Positions 16,575 through 26,323 of a stretch of DNA of 64,000 nucleotides are shown piece after piece. Position 1 is the first letter of the stretch; each line of letters starts with the position of its first letter. Below the pieces are notes generated by a model, which searched no databases, was not told the DNA's origin, and saw only the letters and a list, made by a program, of their open reading frames with translations. Position numbers and translations under genes: made by a program. Source of the stretch: Candidatus Latescibacterota bacterium (GTDB lineage Bacteria; Latescibacterota; UBA2968; UBA8231); contig OZ241362.1 in NCBI GenBank assembly GCA_965200315.1, positions 1,504,001 to 1,568,000 on the forward strand, in the 5' to 3' direction.

Positions 16575-19325
16575 TCAATAGCCAGCGAACACGGTGATGA
16601 ACATCGCCGTTTCCGTACGCGCCTTATCGGCCGAAGCTCGGTCAATCCGCGACACGCGGAACCCGGTCTGGGTCCATAGATTATAGCCCAAATAGTCGAC
16701 GTTGTTGGTAAACTGCAAGGCGTAAACCATCTCGTTGCGATCCGAGCGCAACTGATGATCTTCTAGTTCCTCGCGGAACTGCTTGACGAGCAGGTACTCA
16801 AGGCCGGTCTGTAGCTCGGTACGCGACAGGATCGGTACGCGCAGGACCAACGACCAGAGCTCGCTCAATTCGGTAGTCGCCACGCGCACTTGGGTATCCT
16901 CGCGGCGCGATGGCCGCTGATGCTGAAACTCGCTCTTCCAGCGCGGCTGAAACTTGAGGGCACCTAGGTCAAAGGCGTAATCTATCTTGTTAAGGACGCC
17001 AAAGAAGGAAGCCGTTTCGCGGATATCCTGCTCCTCAATAGGCCGCTCGTCGAAGTTCGTCTGCTTGAAAACTTCCCATTTGAGTCGATTCTTAAAGTGG
17101 ATCCGGTCGCTCTGGTACTGATAGCCCAAATACAAGGTATTGGCCCAGCCATCGCGCAAGGGTAGCGGGTCAGTATAGGGCACTAGATCGCCGCGCGATC
17201 CTTGGCGCACAATCCATTCGATTACGTCGTCGCGTATATCGTCTTGGACTAGGCGATAGTTGTTGTACACCTGTACTCGCCCCTTGCTTGCGTAGTCCCT
17301 GTCGAAGGTCAGCAAGACGTAATTGGTGACGTTCTTTCGGGCCTCGGCTAGCTGGCGCTCGTCGAGGCGACCGACGGTCAGCCTCGCTTCCGGTCCTAAA
17401 TGGGAACCTACGTAGATGTTGTACCCGCGCCGATCCCGTTTGTACAAGTAGTCGGGCAACTCGTCGTTTTCAAAGCGGTCAACAATGCCGTTGTTGTTCA
17501 TATCGATGCCAAAGAGGAACTCGGGGCGATCGGATGCGTAGCGCAAGAACGGCTCCTCGTAGTCCGGCACCGTATTTTCGCGCAATTGGGAGTCGTTCTG
17601 ATTGAAGTCGTTGATGAAGTCGTTGTTCTCGTCAAAACCGGGGAACACCCGGAGATCCTGCGAGAAATTGGCGCGCAGCCAGTCCGGGTTGCGGTCTTGG
17701 TCGTCGTTGTCGTCAACAAATTCGTACACGAAACGAGTGTCGTCGTCGTAGTTAATATCGGCCGCGTCGTTCAGGGTGCCGGCTAAAAAGGTGCTGGTGC
17801 TGTAACTGGGATCAACGTTATAGACCTCGCCGAAGCCGTAGTAGGGATACGCTCGCTTATAGGCATTGATGAACCAAGCATCGGCCGAGGTACTGTGAGC
17901 TTGGTGATTGGTCACATCAGTCTCGGACCGCCGCGGATAGCGAAAGTGCTGGCGGTTTCGGTCGTATTCGCCCGCAAGATAAAACCCACCGACATCGGAA
18001 ACGTCGAGAGTGACGCCGAAAATCTCATTGGCTACCGGCAACCCGTATTTGATGCGCACAAAGCCTTGGTTTGAGCCATCCTTCACATTGCCATCAGCAC
18101 GTACCGTGCGCTCAGGAATACCCTCGGAGAGCAAGACCGGCTGAAAGTTGCGGTTGGCTTGGCGGTTGGAGGTGACGTCGGTCCGGTAATCGTTAGCCAA
18201 GAGCAACAGAAACTCAATGCTCTTGATCTGCTCAGGCCGGGGACCAAAGGAATTGCGGTACTGAGGACCTTCGAGATCGTACACTAGCACGATGACTTCG
18301 TTTCCATCGGCCGAGAGGAAGCCTTCGCGGCGGAAACCACCCTGCACCGACGGACTGTAGTCGAGGACACTGCTATTGCCAATTTGGCGACGATTGCTGA
18401 TGCGCTCGCCGTCAATGGTCGTAATGATCATCTCCTCCTGGAAGAAGGCCGCACCGGCGATGTTGTCCTCGGGCGAATCGTCGCTCAAGCGCACTTCAAT
18501 ACGCGAAATGTCGGCGTTGTTTTGACCCTCGGTAAGCGTACCTTTGAAGGGGTTGCCCTGAAATGCCTGCCCTTTGGTCGAGGAGTTGAAAGCATTGACG
18601 TAGGTCGCGCCAACCTTGACAAAGTCGCCGATCTGTATAGTACCACGACCGCCAAGCATATTAGTATCGTTCGAGCGATAGCGAGCGGTACTGGTAGCAC
18701 CTGACAGCGTTTCGACCTGCCCGGGTGCACTGGGACGCGAGAGGAGCAGAGTCGCTTCGTACTTGTCGGTGGACAAGTCGAACTGAATACCGGCGAACGT
18801 CGGTTTGGAAAAGGTCATCGGCGTCAGGGTGGTGCGGATGCGGTCGCCGATGGTCAAGGCATAGGCGTATTGGCCCTTCTGGTCCGAGGCAATAACCACG
18901 CTCGAAAACCAACCACCGAACCTGTCTGTCTTGAACAGACTGCTACCCGATGTCTGCGGTGCGGAAACACTCCAGTCGTAAATGAGCTGGCCGCGGGTGA
19001 TGTAATTCCCATAAATGTCGTAGAAATACTCGCCTTCTTGGGTGGTCCTGACATAGTACTGATAATGCCGACGGGCGTAATTCGTATAGTCCTGTTGCCG
19101 CCACTGGTACTCGTTGAAAAGTTCCTGGGGCACGTACCACTTCTTCACCGCCGGATCTAGCGCGTCAAAGAGAACGCCAGGCCCCACAGGGTCGTAATAT
19201 ACTTCCCCACCGCGGCGCACACCTAGACGCGAACCAAAGTCCTCCTGTGCTGGGAGATGCTCTACCACCACTCCCAGCATCAGGAGCACAACCGCACCGA
19301 TGCGACAACTCCAAGCTGTATTCAC
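16575..19325 (-). CDS. Large uncharacterised protein, probable outer-membrane beta-barrel
   Basis: GTG start with GGGAGG RBS; signal peptide; amphipathic beta-strand pattern in the C-terminal third; terminal MFITVFAGY; acidic DxNxD/N loops. Confidence 0.6.
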   Translation of the reverse strand: MNTAWSCRIGAVVLLMLGVVVEHLPAQEDFGSRLGVRRGGEVYYDPVGPGVLFDALDPAVKKWYVPQELFNEYQWRQQDYTNYARRHYQYYVRTTQEGEYFYDIYGNYITRGQLIYDWSVSAPQTSGSSLFKTDRFGGWFSSVVIASDQKGQYAYALTIGDRIRTTLTPMTFSKPTFAGIQFDLSTDKYEATLLLSRPSAPGQVETLSGATSTARYRSNDTNMLGGRGTIQIGDFVKVGATYVNAFNSSTKGQAFQGNPFKGTLTEGQNNADISRIEVRLSDDSPEDNIAGAAFFQEEMIITTIDGERISNRRQIGNSSVLDYSPSVQGGFRREGFLSADGNEVIVLVYDLEGPQYRNSFGPRPEQIKSIEFLLLLANDYRTDVTSNRQANRNFQPVLLSEGIPERTVRADGNVKDGSNQGFVRIKYGLPVANEIFGVTLDVSDVGGFYLAGEYDRNRQHFRYPRRSETDVTNHQAHSTSADAWFINAYKRAYPYYGFGEVYNVDPSYSTSTFLAGTLNDAADINYDDDTRFVYEFVDDNDDQDRNPDWLRANFSQDLRVFPGFDENNDFINDFNQNDSQLRENTVPDYEEPFLRYASDRPEFLFGIDMNNNGIVDRFENDELPDYLYKRDRRGYNIYVGSHLGPEARLTVGRLDERQLAEARKNVTNYVLLTFDRDYASKGRVQVYNNYRLVQDDIRDDVIEWIVRQGSRGDLVPYTDPLPLRDGWANTLYLGYQYQSDRIHFKNRLKWEVFKQTNFDERPIEEQDIRETASFFGVLNKIDYAFDLGALKFQPRWKSEFQHQRPSRREDTQVRVATTELSELWSLVLRVPILSRTELQTGLEYLLVKQFREELEDHQLRSDRNEMVYALQFTNNVDYLGYNLWTQTGFRVSRIDRASADKARTETAMFITVFAGY

Positions 19326-19378
19326 AAAAGCCCTCCCTTGTTTACCAAATTTCCGGTCTAAATTGCAGCGTATTCCAA

Positions 19379-22300
19379 TTAGTAGGCGACGTGGACGAGA
19401 CGCACGAGTTGGTTATCCTTGTCGTCAGCCTCAACCTCAATCTGGCAGAGATAGATCCCCGGCGACACGATCTGTCCATTCAGATTCCGCCCGTCCCAAG
19501 TGAACGTCTGATCCCCCACTTTGCCGCTCTCCGTCGCGCTCTGCCCCCGGCCGACCAAGCGACCACCCAGATCGTAAAACGCCACACCCAACGGCCGCTC
19601 CTCTAACACCTTCAACAGCGCGAAGTGGACCAAAAGCTCATCGTTGATCCCGTCGCCATTGGGTGTAAAGACCGGTGTCAGCACTACGTCTTGGATCAAC
19701 GAACCCAGCAAGGACATCAGACTGACTCGCGTCGTCGAGGAGTCCACTAGTTCGGTGGCGTCCCTGTTCTCGGTATCGACTCGCTGGAAGACGCCCTCGT
19801 CGGAGTTGGACGCACGGACAAAAGAGGTGAACTCAATGCCTTCGCGGAAGCTCTGCGATTCAAACTGTACCTCGATGAGGGCGTGCACCTCGGCGGGCAA
19901 GTCGGCATTGAGCGAGAAGGGGAAGCGGACCCAGATCGAGTCCTCTCCTGCCGCTATGCGCTCCAGCACCGAGCCATCCTCAGTGCGCAAGACACCGTCA
20001 TCTCCCTCGGCAAAGGCGCGGTCGAAGCGCGTGGTCCCTGCTGAGGTCCGCATTTGAGCTGGGTCGAGAAGCGAGGGCGTCTCGGTGACCTCAACTTGGC
20101 CGAGGCGGACCCCAGTTAGGCGAGCGGCACGGGGAGTAACGATCAGCACCTCATTGAAGCCGTCGCGCACAGTGGCGTCTGTCGGGTCGGGCGCAGCAGC
20201 ACGAATAAAATAGGAAAATTGTTGGGGCTTGAGCGGATTGATATCGCGCGGCAGAGTGTAGTCGGTGGGCAAAACGTCTAAATTAGTCAGCCTCTTTGTA
20301 GACCCCTCGTCCCTTACCAGTGCCAGTTCACCAGCTAACTCTAGCGCCAGAGGCGGCGCGAGTTCAATCCGCAACTCGCGGATTCGCGCCGTCTTGAAAG
20401 GATCCTCGGAGGATATATTGACCCGGACTTGGACAAATTTGCGTGGATTGGGCGAGGTGATCGCCGCCTCATTGAGGCCGTTAGTGGATAGATAGCCCTC
20501 GCTCCATTCGCTCCAGCCGACGAAGGCCAACTCACCATCCTTGGCAAAGCTCGAACGCGGTGCCCGGCGCAATTTTTTACCATCCTCATCGATGAGTCCG
20601 TCGCCGTCATTGTCGATGAGGTCAATGGGATCTTCATCGTTGGCACCGTCGCCATCGTCGTCCTTGCGCGAGGCGTGTCTCTCGTTGCTGGGCAGAGTCT
20701 GCCAGATCTCCCATGCCAGCCACTCCAAGGCTATTTCGTCGTAAACATTTTTTGACACTTCCTCGCGCTCTTCTTTGCCACCGATGCTGACGACCTGATA
20801 GTAGGTAAAATTGGTGTCCGTCTGATCGGAGGTGCGCGTCTGTACCTGCAAGCGGACATCCGGGTGAAGATCTAGCGGCTCAATCCGCTCACGGGATTGA
20901 CCGGTGAGCAGATCGGTATCGCGGATGAGCACATCGCCTTCCCAAGAAATGCGCGGCAGGGTTTTGCGGATGAAGTTACCGCGCGAATCGGTCAGGGAGA
21001 TGGGTGGCGAGTACGCCCACACGCTGACAGGATATCCCTCGCCGTAGAGCTGGATCTCGGCCATGGTCGCCAACGCACCATAGCGACCCGACTGATGCCC
21101 GGTAACGTCGATATCGCGGACCTGTAAGAATCGGATCTTGCGAGGGGTAAAGGCCTCTTGGAAAATGCGCACTACCGGCGTGTGGTTATCGATATGCTCC
21201 TCGCTAATGATGTTGTCCCATTTGAGCCCCTCTTCGAGCTGGGGGAAGTCGTTGGGATCTTTCATGCTCAAGGGTTTGAGCAGTGTGCCATCGGAGACCA
21301 AGATGCCCGGTCCTAAAAAGGCACCCAAGTGGCTCTGATTGATACGCTTGTTGACCACCGAGAGATTATCGACCCAGAACACGGCCCCTAAATCGTACCA
21401 AGCCGTGCCCTTGACGTAAACTGGCGACCATGTATTAGCAGTCCACTGCGAGTCGTACAGCCCATCGGTGGCCAAGTCAGGAGCGCCCAAACCGCCGTGT
21501 TCAAACGAGGCACCACCGCGCTGTTCGGGCTGCAGCGCGTAATTGTCGCCCTTGGCCCAGATCTGAATCTCGGAGATGCGAGGAACCTCTTTGACATAGT
21601 AGAGGATCGGCCCGCGCTTTTCCTCGGGTAAGGTTTGGTATTTTTCGCGGGCAGTCTGGTTGGCATCGCCTTGGATTTCAACGAGTAAACCGCCGGCCGT
21701 CTGGCGTTGATAGACGAGCGCACCACGCTGTCCCTCGGGCAGTGCTTCATAAGCGAGGCGTGCCTCTTCGCCTTCACCTAGGAAGGAATAGCGCCAGAGA
21801 TCCGAATCCGTAATTTTGACGCGGACATACTGGATGAAAGCTCCGCTAATATCGGGCAGACCATTCAAGTCCCAGTCGGCCCGATCCAGCGGCGAAAGAG
21901 GGAAGGTCATCTGAGCATAGCGTCCCTCGGTCCCGGGAACCGCAACCAGCGTCACTTCACCAGTCTCAACTCCCCCACCACCTTCACAGCGGGTCTCACC
22001 GGCAAAACCCACACCTTCGTCGCGTACGCACTGAGCCAACTTGCCAGCGACGAATCCAGTCGAGACTTCTTCTACGAGTGTGAACTGGAGATTATTGCCC
22101 AAGGGAAAGGGAAAGCGCTCGCCCATTGAGGCGAAGAGCACTAATGCCTTGACTGGTTGGCCGAGGAACTCGTCTTCGAACTGACCGCCAGGAAAGATGA
22201 TCGTCAAGCTATCGGCGAAAACTAGCCTCCCTAGATCAATTTCAAGCTCCCAATTGCTGAGTCCGTCGAGATTAAAGTCGCCGGGATCGCTCAAGCGGCT

Positions 22301-22714
22301 TGTAAAACTGACCGGCGTATCCGGCTCCCAGAACGTGCTCAAGTCGTTGTCGAGAATATTGTTGGCCAAGGCATCGTTGGATTTGGCGGTCGCCCCACCA
22401 CTAGTTAGCGCACCGGCAGCGCGGACTAAGTCGGGATAGGTGAAGTCTCTAACTGTAGGGCCGACATTGATATTGCGGCGGAAAAACACCGGTCGCAGAC
22501 CGTCGGCCCCGACCTGAAAGATATCCGCTTCCCTGACCGGAACGTTCAAGCTCGTGACCAGATCGTTCTGATATATCCAATTTTCCCAGTGAGAAGCTCG
22601 ATCCACGATGATCGCATTGTCTCGGAGGCGATAGGCATCGCTGTTCTGGGCCAGACAGAAATTCGGCATAGATACTACGACGAGGGGTATCCCCCACTTT
22701 AGCAGCCGCTTCAT
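19379..22714 (-). CDS. Giant secreted protein, paralog of 2524..5178, with two discoidin-like regions and a C-terminal FlgD-Ig/T9SS type-B-like domain
   Basis: Signal peptide; DNDLSTFWEP..IDLG and DGLYDSQW..YDLG; two DxDGDG..DED repeats (20579-20662); VFTPNGDGINDE...WDGRN...PGIY...VHVAY. Confidence 0.8.
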   Translation of the reverse strand: MKRLLKWGIPLVVVSMPNFCLAQNSDAYRLRDNAIIVDRASHWENWIYQNDLVTSLNVPVREADIFQVGADGLRPVFFRRNINVGPTVRDFTYPDLVRAAGALTSGGATAKSNDALANNILDNDLSTFWEPDTPVSFTSRLSDPGDFNLDGLSNWELEIDLGRLVFADSLTIIFPGGQFEDEFLGQPVKALVLFASMGERFPFPLGNNLQFTLVEEVSTGFVAGKLAQCVRDEGVGFAGETRCEGGGGVETGEVTLVAVPGTEGRYAQMTFPLSPLDRADWDLNGLPDISGAFIQYVRVKITDSDLWRYSFLGEGEEARLAYEALPEGQRGALVYQRQTAGGLLVEIQGDANQTAREKYQTLPEEKRGPILYYVKEVPRISEIQIWAKGDNYALQPEQRGGASFEHGGLGAPDLATDGLYDSQWTANTWSPVYVKGTAWYDLGAVFWVDNLSVVNKRINQSHLGAFLGPGILVSDGTLLKPLSMKDPNDFPQLEEGLKWDNIISEEHIDNHTPVVRIFQEAFTPRKIRFLQVRDIDVTGHQSGRYGALATMAEIQLYGEGYPVSVWAYSPPISLTDSRGNFIRKTLPRISWEGDVLIRDTDLLTGQSRERIEPLDLHPDVRLQVQTRTSDQTDTNFTYYQVVSIGGKEEREEVSKNVYDEIALEWLAWEIWQTLPSNERHASRKDDDGDGANDEDPIDLIDNDGDGLIDEDGKKLRRAPRSSFAKDGELAFVGWSEWSEGYLSTNGLNEAAITSPNPRKFVQVRVNISSEDPFKTARIRELRIELAPPLALELAGELALVRDEGSTKRLTNLDVLPTDYTLPRDINPLKPQQFSYFIRAAAPDPTDATVRDGFNEVLIVTPRAARLTGVRLGQVEVTETPSLLDPAQMRTSAGTTRFDRAFAEGDDGVLRTEDGSVLERIAAGEDSIWVRFPFSLNADLPAEVHALIEVQFESQSFREGIEFTSFVRASNSDEGVFQRVDTENRDATELVDSSTTRVSLMSLLGSLIQDVVLTPVFTPNGDGINDELLVHFALLKVLEERPLGVAFYDLGGRLVGRGQSATESGKVGDQTFTWDGRNLNGQIVSPGIYLCQIEVEADDKDNQLVRLVHVAY

Positions 22715-22750
22715 AGCATATCCTTTCTTTTTGTACTTGTCTGACTAAGG

Positions 22751-25228
22751 CTAATACGCTACAGAAACGATGCGCGTTTGAGCACTGCCCGCATCATCGG
22801 CTTTAGCTGAAATGCGCAATACGTAGAGGCCTGGCGGCACAATTTGTCCGCCATCAGCGCGACCATCCCACTGCTGCGAATACCCTCCCGACAACAGATC
22901 GCGTTCAATAAGACGCAGACGCCGACCATTCAAATCGAATATCTCCAGACGCACCGGTTTCGGCGTCAGCAGGCGCTGCACATCAAAGAGCACGGTCATC
23001 TCGTCGTTGATGCCGTCGCCATTAGGCGTAAAAGGGTTAGGCTCGGCCTTAAAGTTGCTTACTAGATCCTCGCTCTGCGCCGAAACATCGGCGATGACAG
23101 CCAAAGAGTTGCGATCCGAAAGCTGGTCCGTCGCTCCAAAGTCCACCACATCGTTGCCTTCCACTCCCTGCGGTAGAAAGAAGGCCAATGTATCGAGCGC
23201 ACCCTCACCGACTGCTAGGATTCCATTGCGGGTAAAGCGCCGTTCCACATCGGCATCCAAGGTATCGAGGAAGGCATTGGCGGAGAAGTTAGTGCGGAAA
23301 TTAATAACCCGGCCTAGGAAGCGGACTTTCACTAGTACATCACGCACTTGTCCATCCTCGGCTGGGCCAATAGTCGGAAAACCAACGACGAACTGATTAT
23401 CGACGACGTGCAATTCTTGAAATTGCCTTTCTCCAGCCTCGCCTTCGCCAAGCCCGAAGCGGGAGAGAACCTGGACTTGGCCGTCGCCCAGGTCCACTTC
23501 CATCCCTACAATCTCCTCGGTGCGTGCCGGCGTAAAAACCTGTAGGCGATTAAAGCCGTTGTTTTCGGGTCCTATGGAAGCTTTTAAGGCTAGGACGAAG
23601 GAGGTATCGCGGCCGGCGATTACATCCACTGCCGGGGCGATCTCGCCGAGAACTCGATCAATGATCTGCGGGGCGGAGTATTCAACGCGCATGTTGCGAA
23701 TAACTGTCGCCGACTCCGGCGACTGGCTCAGGAACTCCACCTCAACCTGAATAAAGGGCCGCCCGCTCGGCGCATTGACCCGTTCGCCATTGTCGGCTGT
23801 TTGCGCACTGCTCCAAAACTCGAGGTCGGGTTCGATGCGCCGCCGCACACTGACCGGCAATTTTATGTAGTCCTCGCGAGTTAGGCGGATCACCTGGCGC
23901 TCCTCGGGCAGGGCGGCACTAAAGACCTCGCGGGCCTCTATGTTGAACTCCGAGGAGTCCAGATGTACTACTTGGCCTTGAGTCGAGGAACCGAGCCGTC
24001 GGTCGATGAGAACTGCCTTCTCTTTCCACTCCACTTCGCGGTCGTAGTAGTTGATGCGAAAGAGCACATCGGGCTCAGCAGTGAACCCCGTCCGGACGCG
24101 TACGATCGCTCTAGACTTGGTGGGATCGCCGATCTTTTCTTCATCCCAGAAGATCCTCCCCAGAGTCGCTGGGGGCAGCGGTAGCGCATTGGAGGTATAT
24201 ACCGCTTCGGACATGAAACCGTCAGCGAAAAACTCCATTTCAGCCAAGTCGTAATCCAGCGGAGTCTGAAAATCGAAGCGCACGTAGCGCATTTCGGGGA
24301 GCGGGTCGAACACGACTGCAATAGTATCTTCCACATTGACTGGCACACTCGCCTCGGGGACGAAGGTAGGAAACGTATCGCCGATTTTATCAAATCTAGG
24401 GAAGCCCAATGGTCCGGTTATCGGATCTTCGAGACTGAGACCGGCGATCACCGTCTCGGTCCCAGGCAGACCGCGAAAGAGAGTGTAGGCGGAGACGCGC
24501 ACCGGCTCTTCGAGACTGGGATAGAGGCGAAAAAGCCGGATTGGAAAGTAGTGGCCCAAATCAATATAGAGGAGCCATTGCTGCGCGACGTCTTCCCCCA
24601 ACCGATCGATGCGTTCAAAATGGGTCAATGGATCGCCATCGAATACGCGCCCCAAGCCCTCTTGCAACCGTATCCCGGTCAAGGCTCTTTCAAATCTACC
24701 GAGGGCCGTGAGGTTGAGACTTTTGTTGTACTTATCGCCGCCGGGCGGGCGAGGAAAAGACTCAGCCACGTTAATCATGGCCTCGATCTCGGTAATGCTG
24801 GCCCGGCGCAATAATTGGACGGCCTCTAAGCTGCGCGGGAAAGGGCTCCAGCGGGGAATCAGCACTGTGCCCTCCTCGACGATCGTACCATCTTCGCGTT
24901 CCGCATCGGTCAGTGCCACCACATCAGCCCTAGTCACATTGAGCGAAAAGGCGAAGAGGATGGAGTCAATCGCCGCATCTACTTCGTCGGCAGTTAAGGC
25001 GAGGGAAATATCGGGAACGGGCACTATACGCGCGGGCGCGATGGGGCCAATGCCGTCTTCATAACTTTCGAGGTCTATTAGTTCAATAAAAGTATTCTTT
25101 GATACCGAGCTCTGTTTGACCTCACCCCAAGTTGAATTACCAGGAATGGATAACAAGCGCAATTCCGCGGTAGCTTTTACCACCCAACCCGACAAGACCA
25201 GTGCAGCGACAAAAATCCCTATTCTCAT
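22751..25228 (-). CDS. Giant secreted protein, third paralog, with a C-terminal FlgD-Ig/T9SS type-B-like domain
   Basis: Signal peptide; DGDPLTHF..IDLG; PNPFTPNGDGINDE...FDLNGR...WDGRA...PGLY...VSVAY. Confidence 0.8.
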   Translation of the reverse strand: MRIGIFVAALVLSGWVVKATAELRLLSIPGNSTWGEVKQSSVSKNTFIELIDLESYEDGIGPIAPARIVPVPDISLALTADEVDAAIDSILFAFSLNVTRADVVALTDAEREDGTIVEEGTVLIPRWSPFPRSLEAVQLLRRASITEIEAMINVAESFPRPPGGDKYNKSLNLTALGRFERALTGIRLQEGLGRVFDGDPLTHFERIDRLGEDVAQQWLLYIDLGHYFPIRLFRLYPSLEEPVRVSAYTLFRGLPGTETVIAGLSLEDPITGPLGFPRFDKIGDTFPTFVPEASVPVNVEDTIAVVFDPLPEMRYVRFDFQTPLDYDLAEMEFFADGFMSEAVYTSNALPLPPATLGRIFWDEEKIGDPTKSRAIVRVRTGFTAEPDVLFRINYYDREVEWKEKAVLIDRRLGSSTQGQVVHLDSSEFNIEAREVFSAALPEERQVIRLTREDYIKLPVSVRRRIEPDLEFWSSAQTADNGERVNAPSGRPFIQVEVEFLSQSPESATVIRNMRVEYSAPQIIDRVLGEIAPAVDVIAGRDTSFVLALKASIGPENNGFNRLQVFTPARTEEIVGMEVDLGDGQVQVLSRFGLGEGEAGERQFQELHVVDNQFVVGFPTIGPAEDGQVRDVLVKVRFLGRVINFRTNFSANAFLDTLDADVERRFTRNGILAVGEGALDTLAFFLPQGVEGNDVVDFGATDQLSDRNSLAVIADVSAQSEDLVSNFKAEPNPFTPNGDGINDEMTVLFDVQRLLTPKPVRLEIFDLNGRRLRLIERDLLSGGYSQQWDGRADGGQIVPPGLYVLRISAKADDAGSAQTRIVSVAY

Positions 25229-25344
25229 TCCGTTACTCCCGGTAGAGTTTGCACTCTCGCCTAGGTTGGCATAGGCGGCATGGGAACGAGCTTGTTATGC
25301 GATACAAGCAGCTATATTTAGAAATATAAGAGAAGGTTTTAAGC

Positions 25345-25380
25345 GCAAAGAGAGGGAGGATGATACCCCCCTCTCTTTGC
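25345..25380 (-). terminator. Strong hairpin after the CBM9-like gene (terminator or mRNA-stabilising stem)
   Basis: GCAAAGAGAGGG / CCCTCTCTTTGC, a perfect 12-bp stem; weak U-tract. Confidence 0.55.
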
Positions 25381-25409
25381 ACAGACAGGTAAAACAGGAT
25401 TTTGGTCGT

Positions 25410-26306
25410 TTACTCGCTCAGCGAGGCCTTAATGCGGCCCCAAGAGTCTTCTTCGACCGCCGTACCGCCACCGGCTCCGACCAAGCGAGCATCGACAAAG
25501 CGCTCGGCAAAGCGCCAAGTTGCGGCCTGACCAGATATGGTGTGGAAGGCGCGATCTTGGCCCGGAGCCTGATCCGTATCCGGCGTCGAAATTTGGTAAC
25601 CAATGATCTTACCTTCAAAGAGAGGCGACGCGACGCTGTCGTCGGGACTGTTCCAGATCAGATCATCGAACGGTGTGCAGTAAAACTCGATGATGCTGAC
25701 CGTTGGACCGTCGCCCACTGAGACACCACCGCCGTCGGCGTAGGGCACATCGTTGACCCATTCAGAACCTGCACCGAGGTAGAAGACATGGCGACCCGAA
25801 GGGTCGTCCGCAACGGCGATGTACTGCTGCGCCGTGCGGTTGTTATTCAGTTTCTTTTCTTCATCGGTCCAGTCCGGGTTGGCCGAGCCAGTGTAGTCGC
25901 CACCAGTGTGGTCGCCGTCGAGCATGACTTCGATCGCCTCATAATTCCAAGGGCTGCTGCCGTCGTACTCTCTACCGAAGTACACGTTATCGATTCGCTC
26001 CATGGCGAACCAGATTGTGCCGTTAGTAGAATTCCAGCCCGACCAAATGCGATAGTCGAGATCCGACGGGTCGTACTGCGCACCGTCGCCCACTGTGGGA
26101 TCTTGGTATAGATCAGTGGGGACAAACTGGGGATCGCCGACTACATCTTCCCAGTCCTCAACAGTCCCATCGGTAAAGTCGATGTCACCTATATCTTCAT
26201 CGGCCATTTCAAAGAGCAGGTAAACCTGTTCTCCAATATGCGCACTGGCACCGCTTGTCAGTCCCAGTATCAAGCCCATAGCGACAAGGCCATAAAAACG
26301 TTTCAT
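25410..26306 (-). CDS. Secreted CBM9/DOMON-like protein with a C-terminal SWGRIKA tail, paralog of 1025..1969
   Basis: Start moved to MKRFYGLV (RBS AAGGAG). Shares DG..EDW, GWN, D.DH[ST]GG, PFD, [LI]SGQ and RF..RF.D with the paralog. Confidence 0.7.
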   Translation of the reverse strand: MKRFYGLVAMGLILGLTSGASAHIGEQVYLLFEMADEDIGDIDFTDGTVEDWEDVVGDPQFVPTDLYQDPTVGDGAQYDPSDLDYRIWSGWNSTNGTIWFAMERIDNVYFGREYDGSSPWNYEAIEVMLDGDHTGGDYTGSANPDWTDEEKKLNNNRTAQQYIAVADDPSGRHVFYLGAGSEWVNDVPYADGGGVSVGDGPTVSIIEFYCTPFDDLIWNSPDDSVASPLFEGKIIGYQISTPDTDQAPGQDRAFHTISGQAATWRFAERFVDARLVGAGGGTAVEEDSWGRIKASLSE

Positions 26307-26323
26307 AAGCTGCGACTCCTTCC

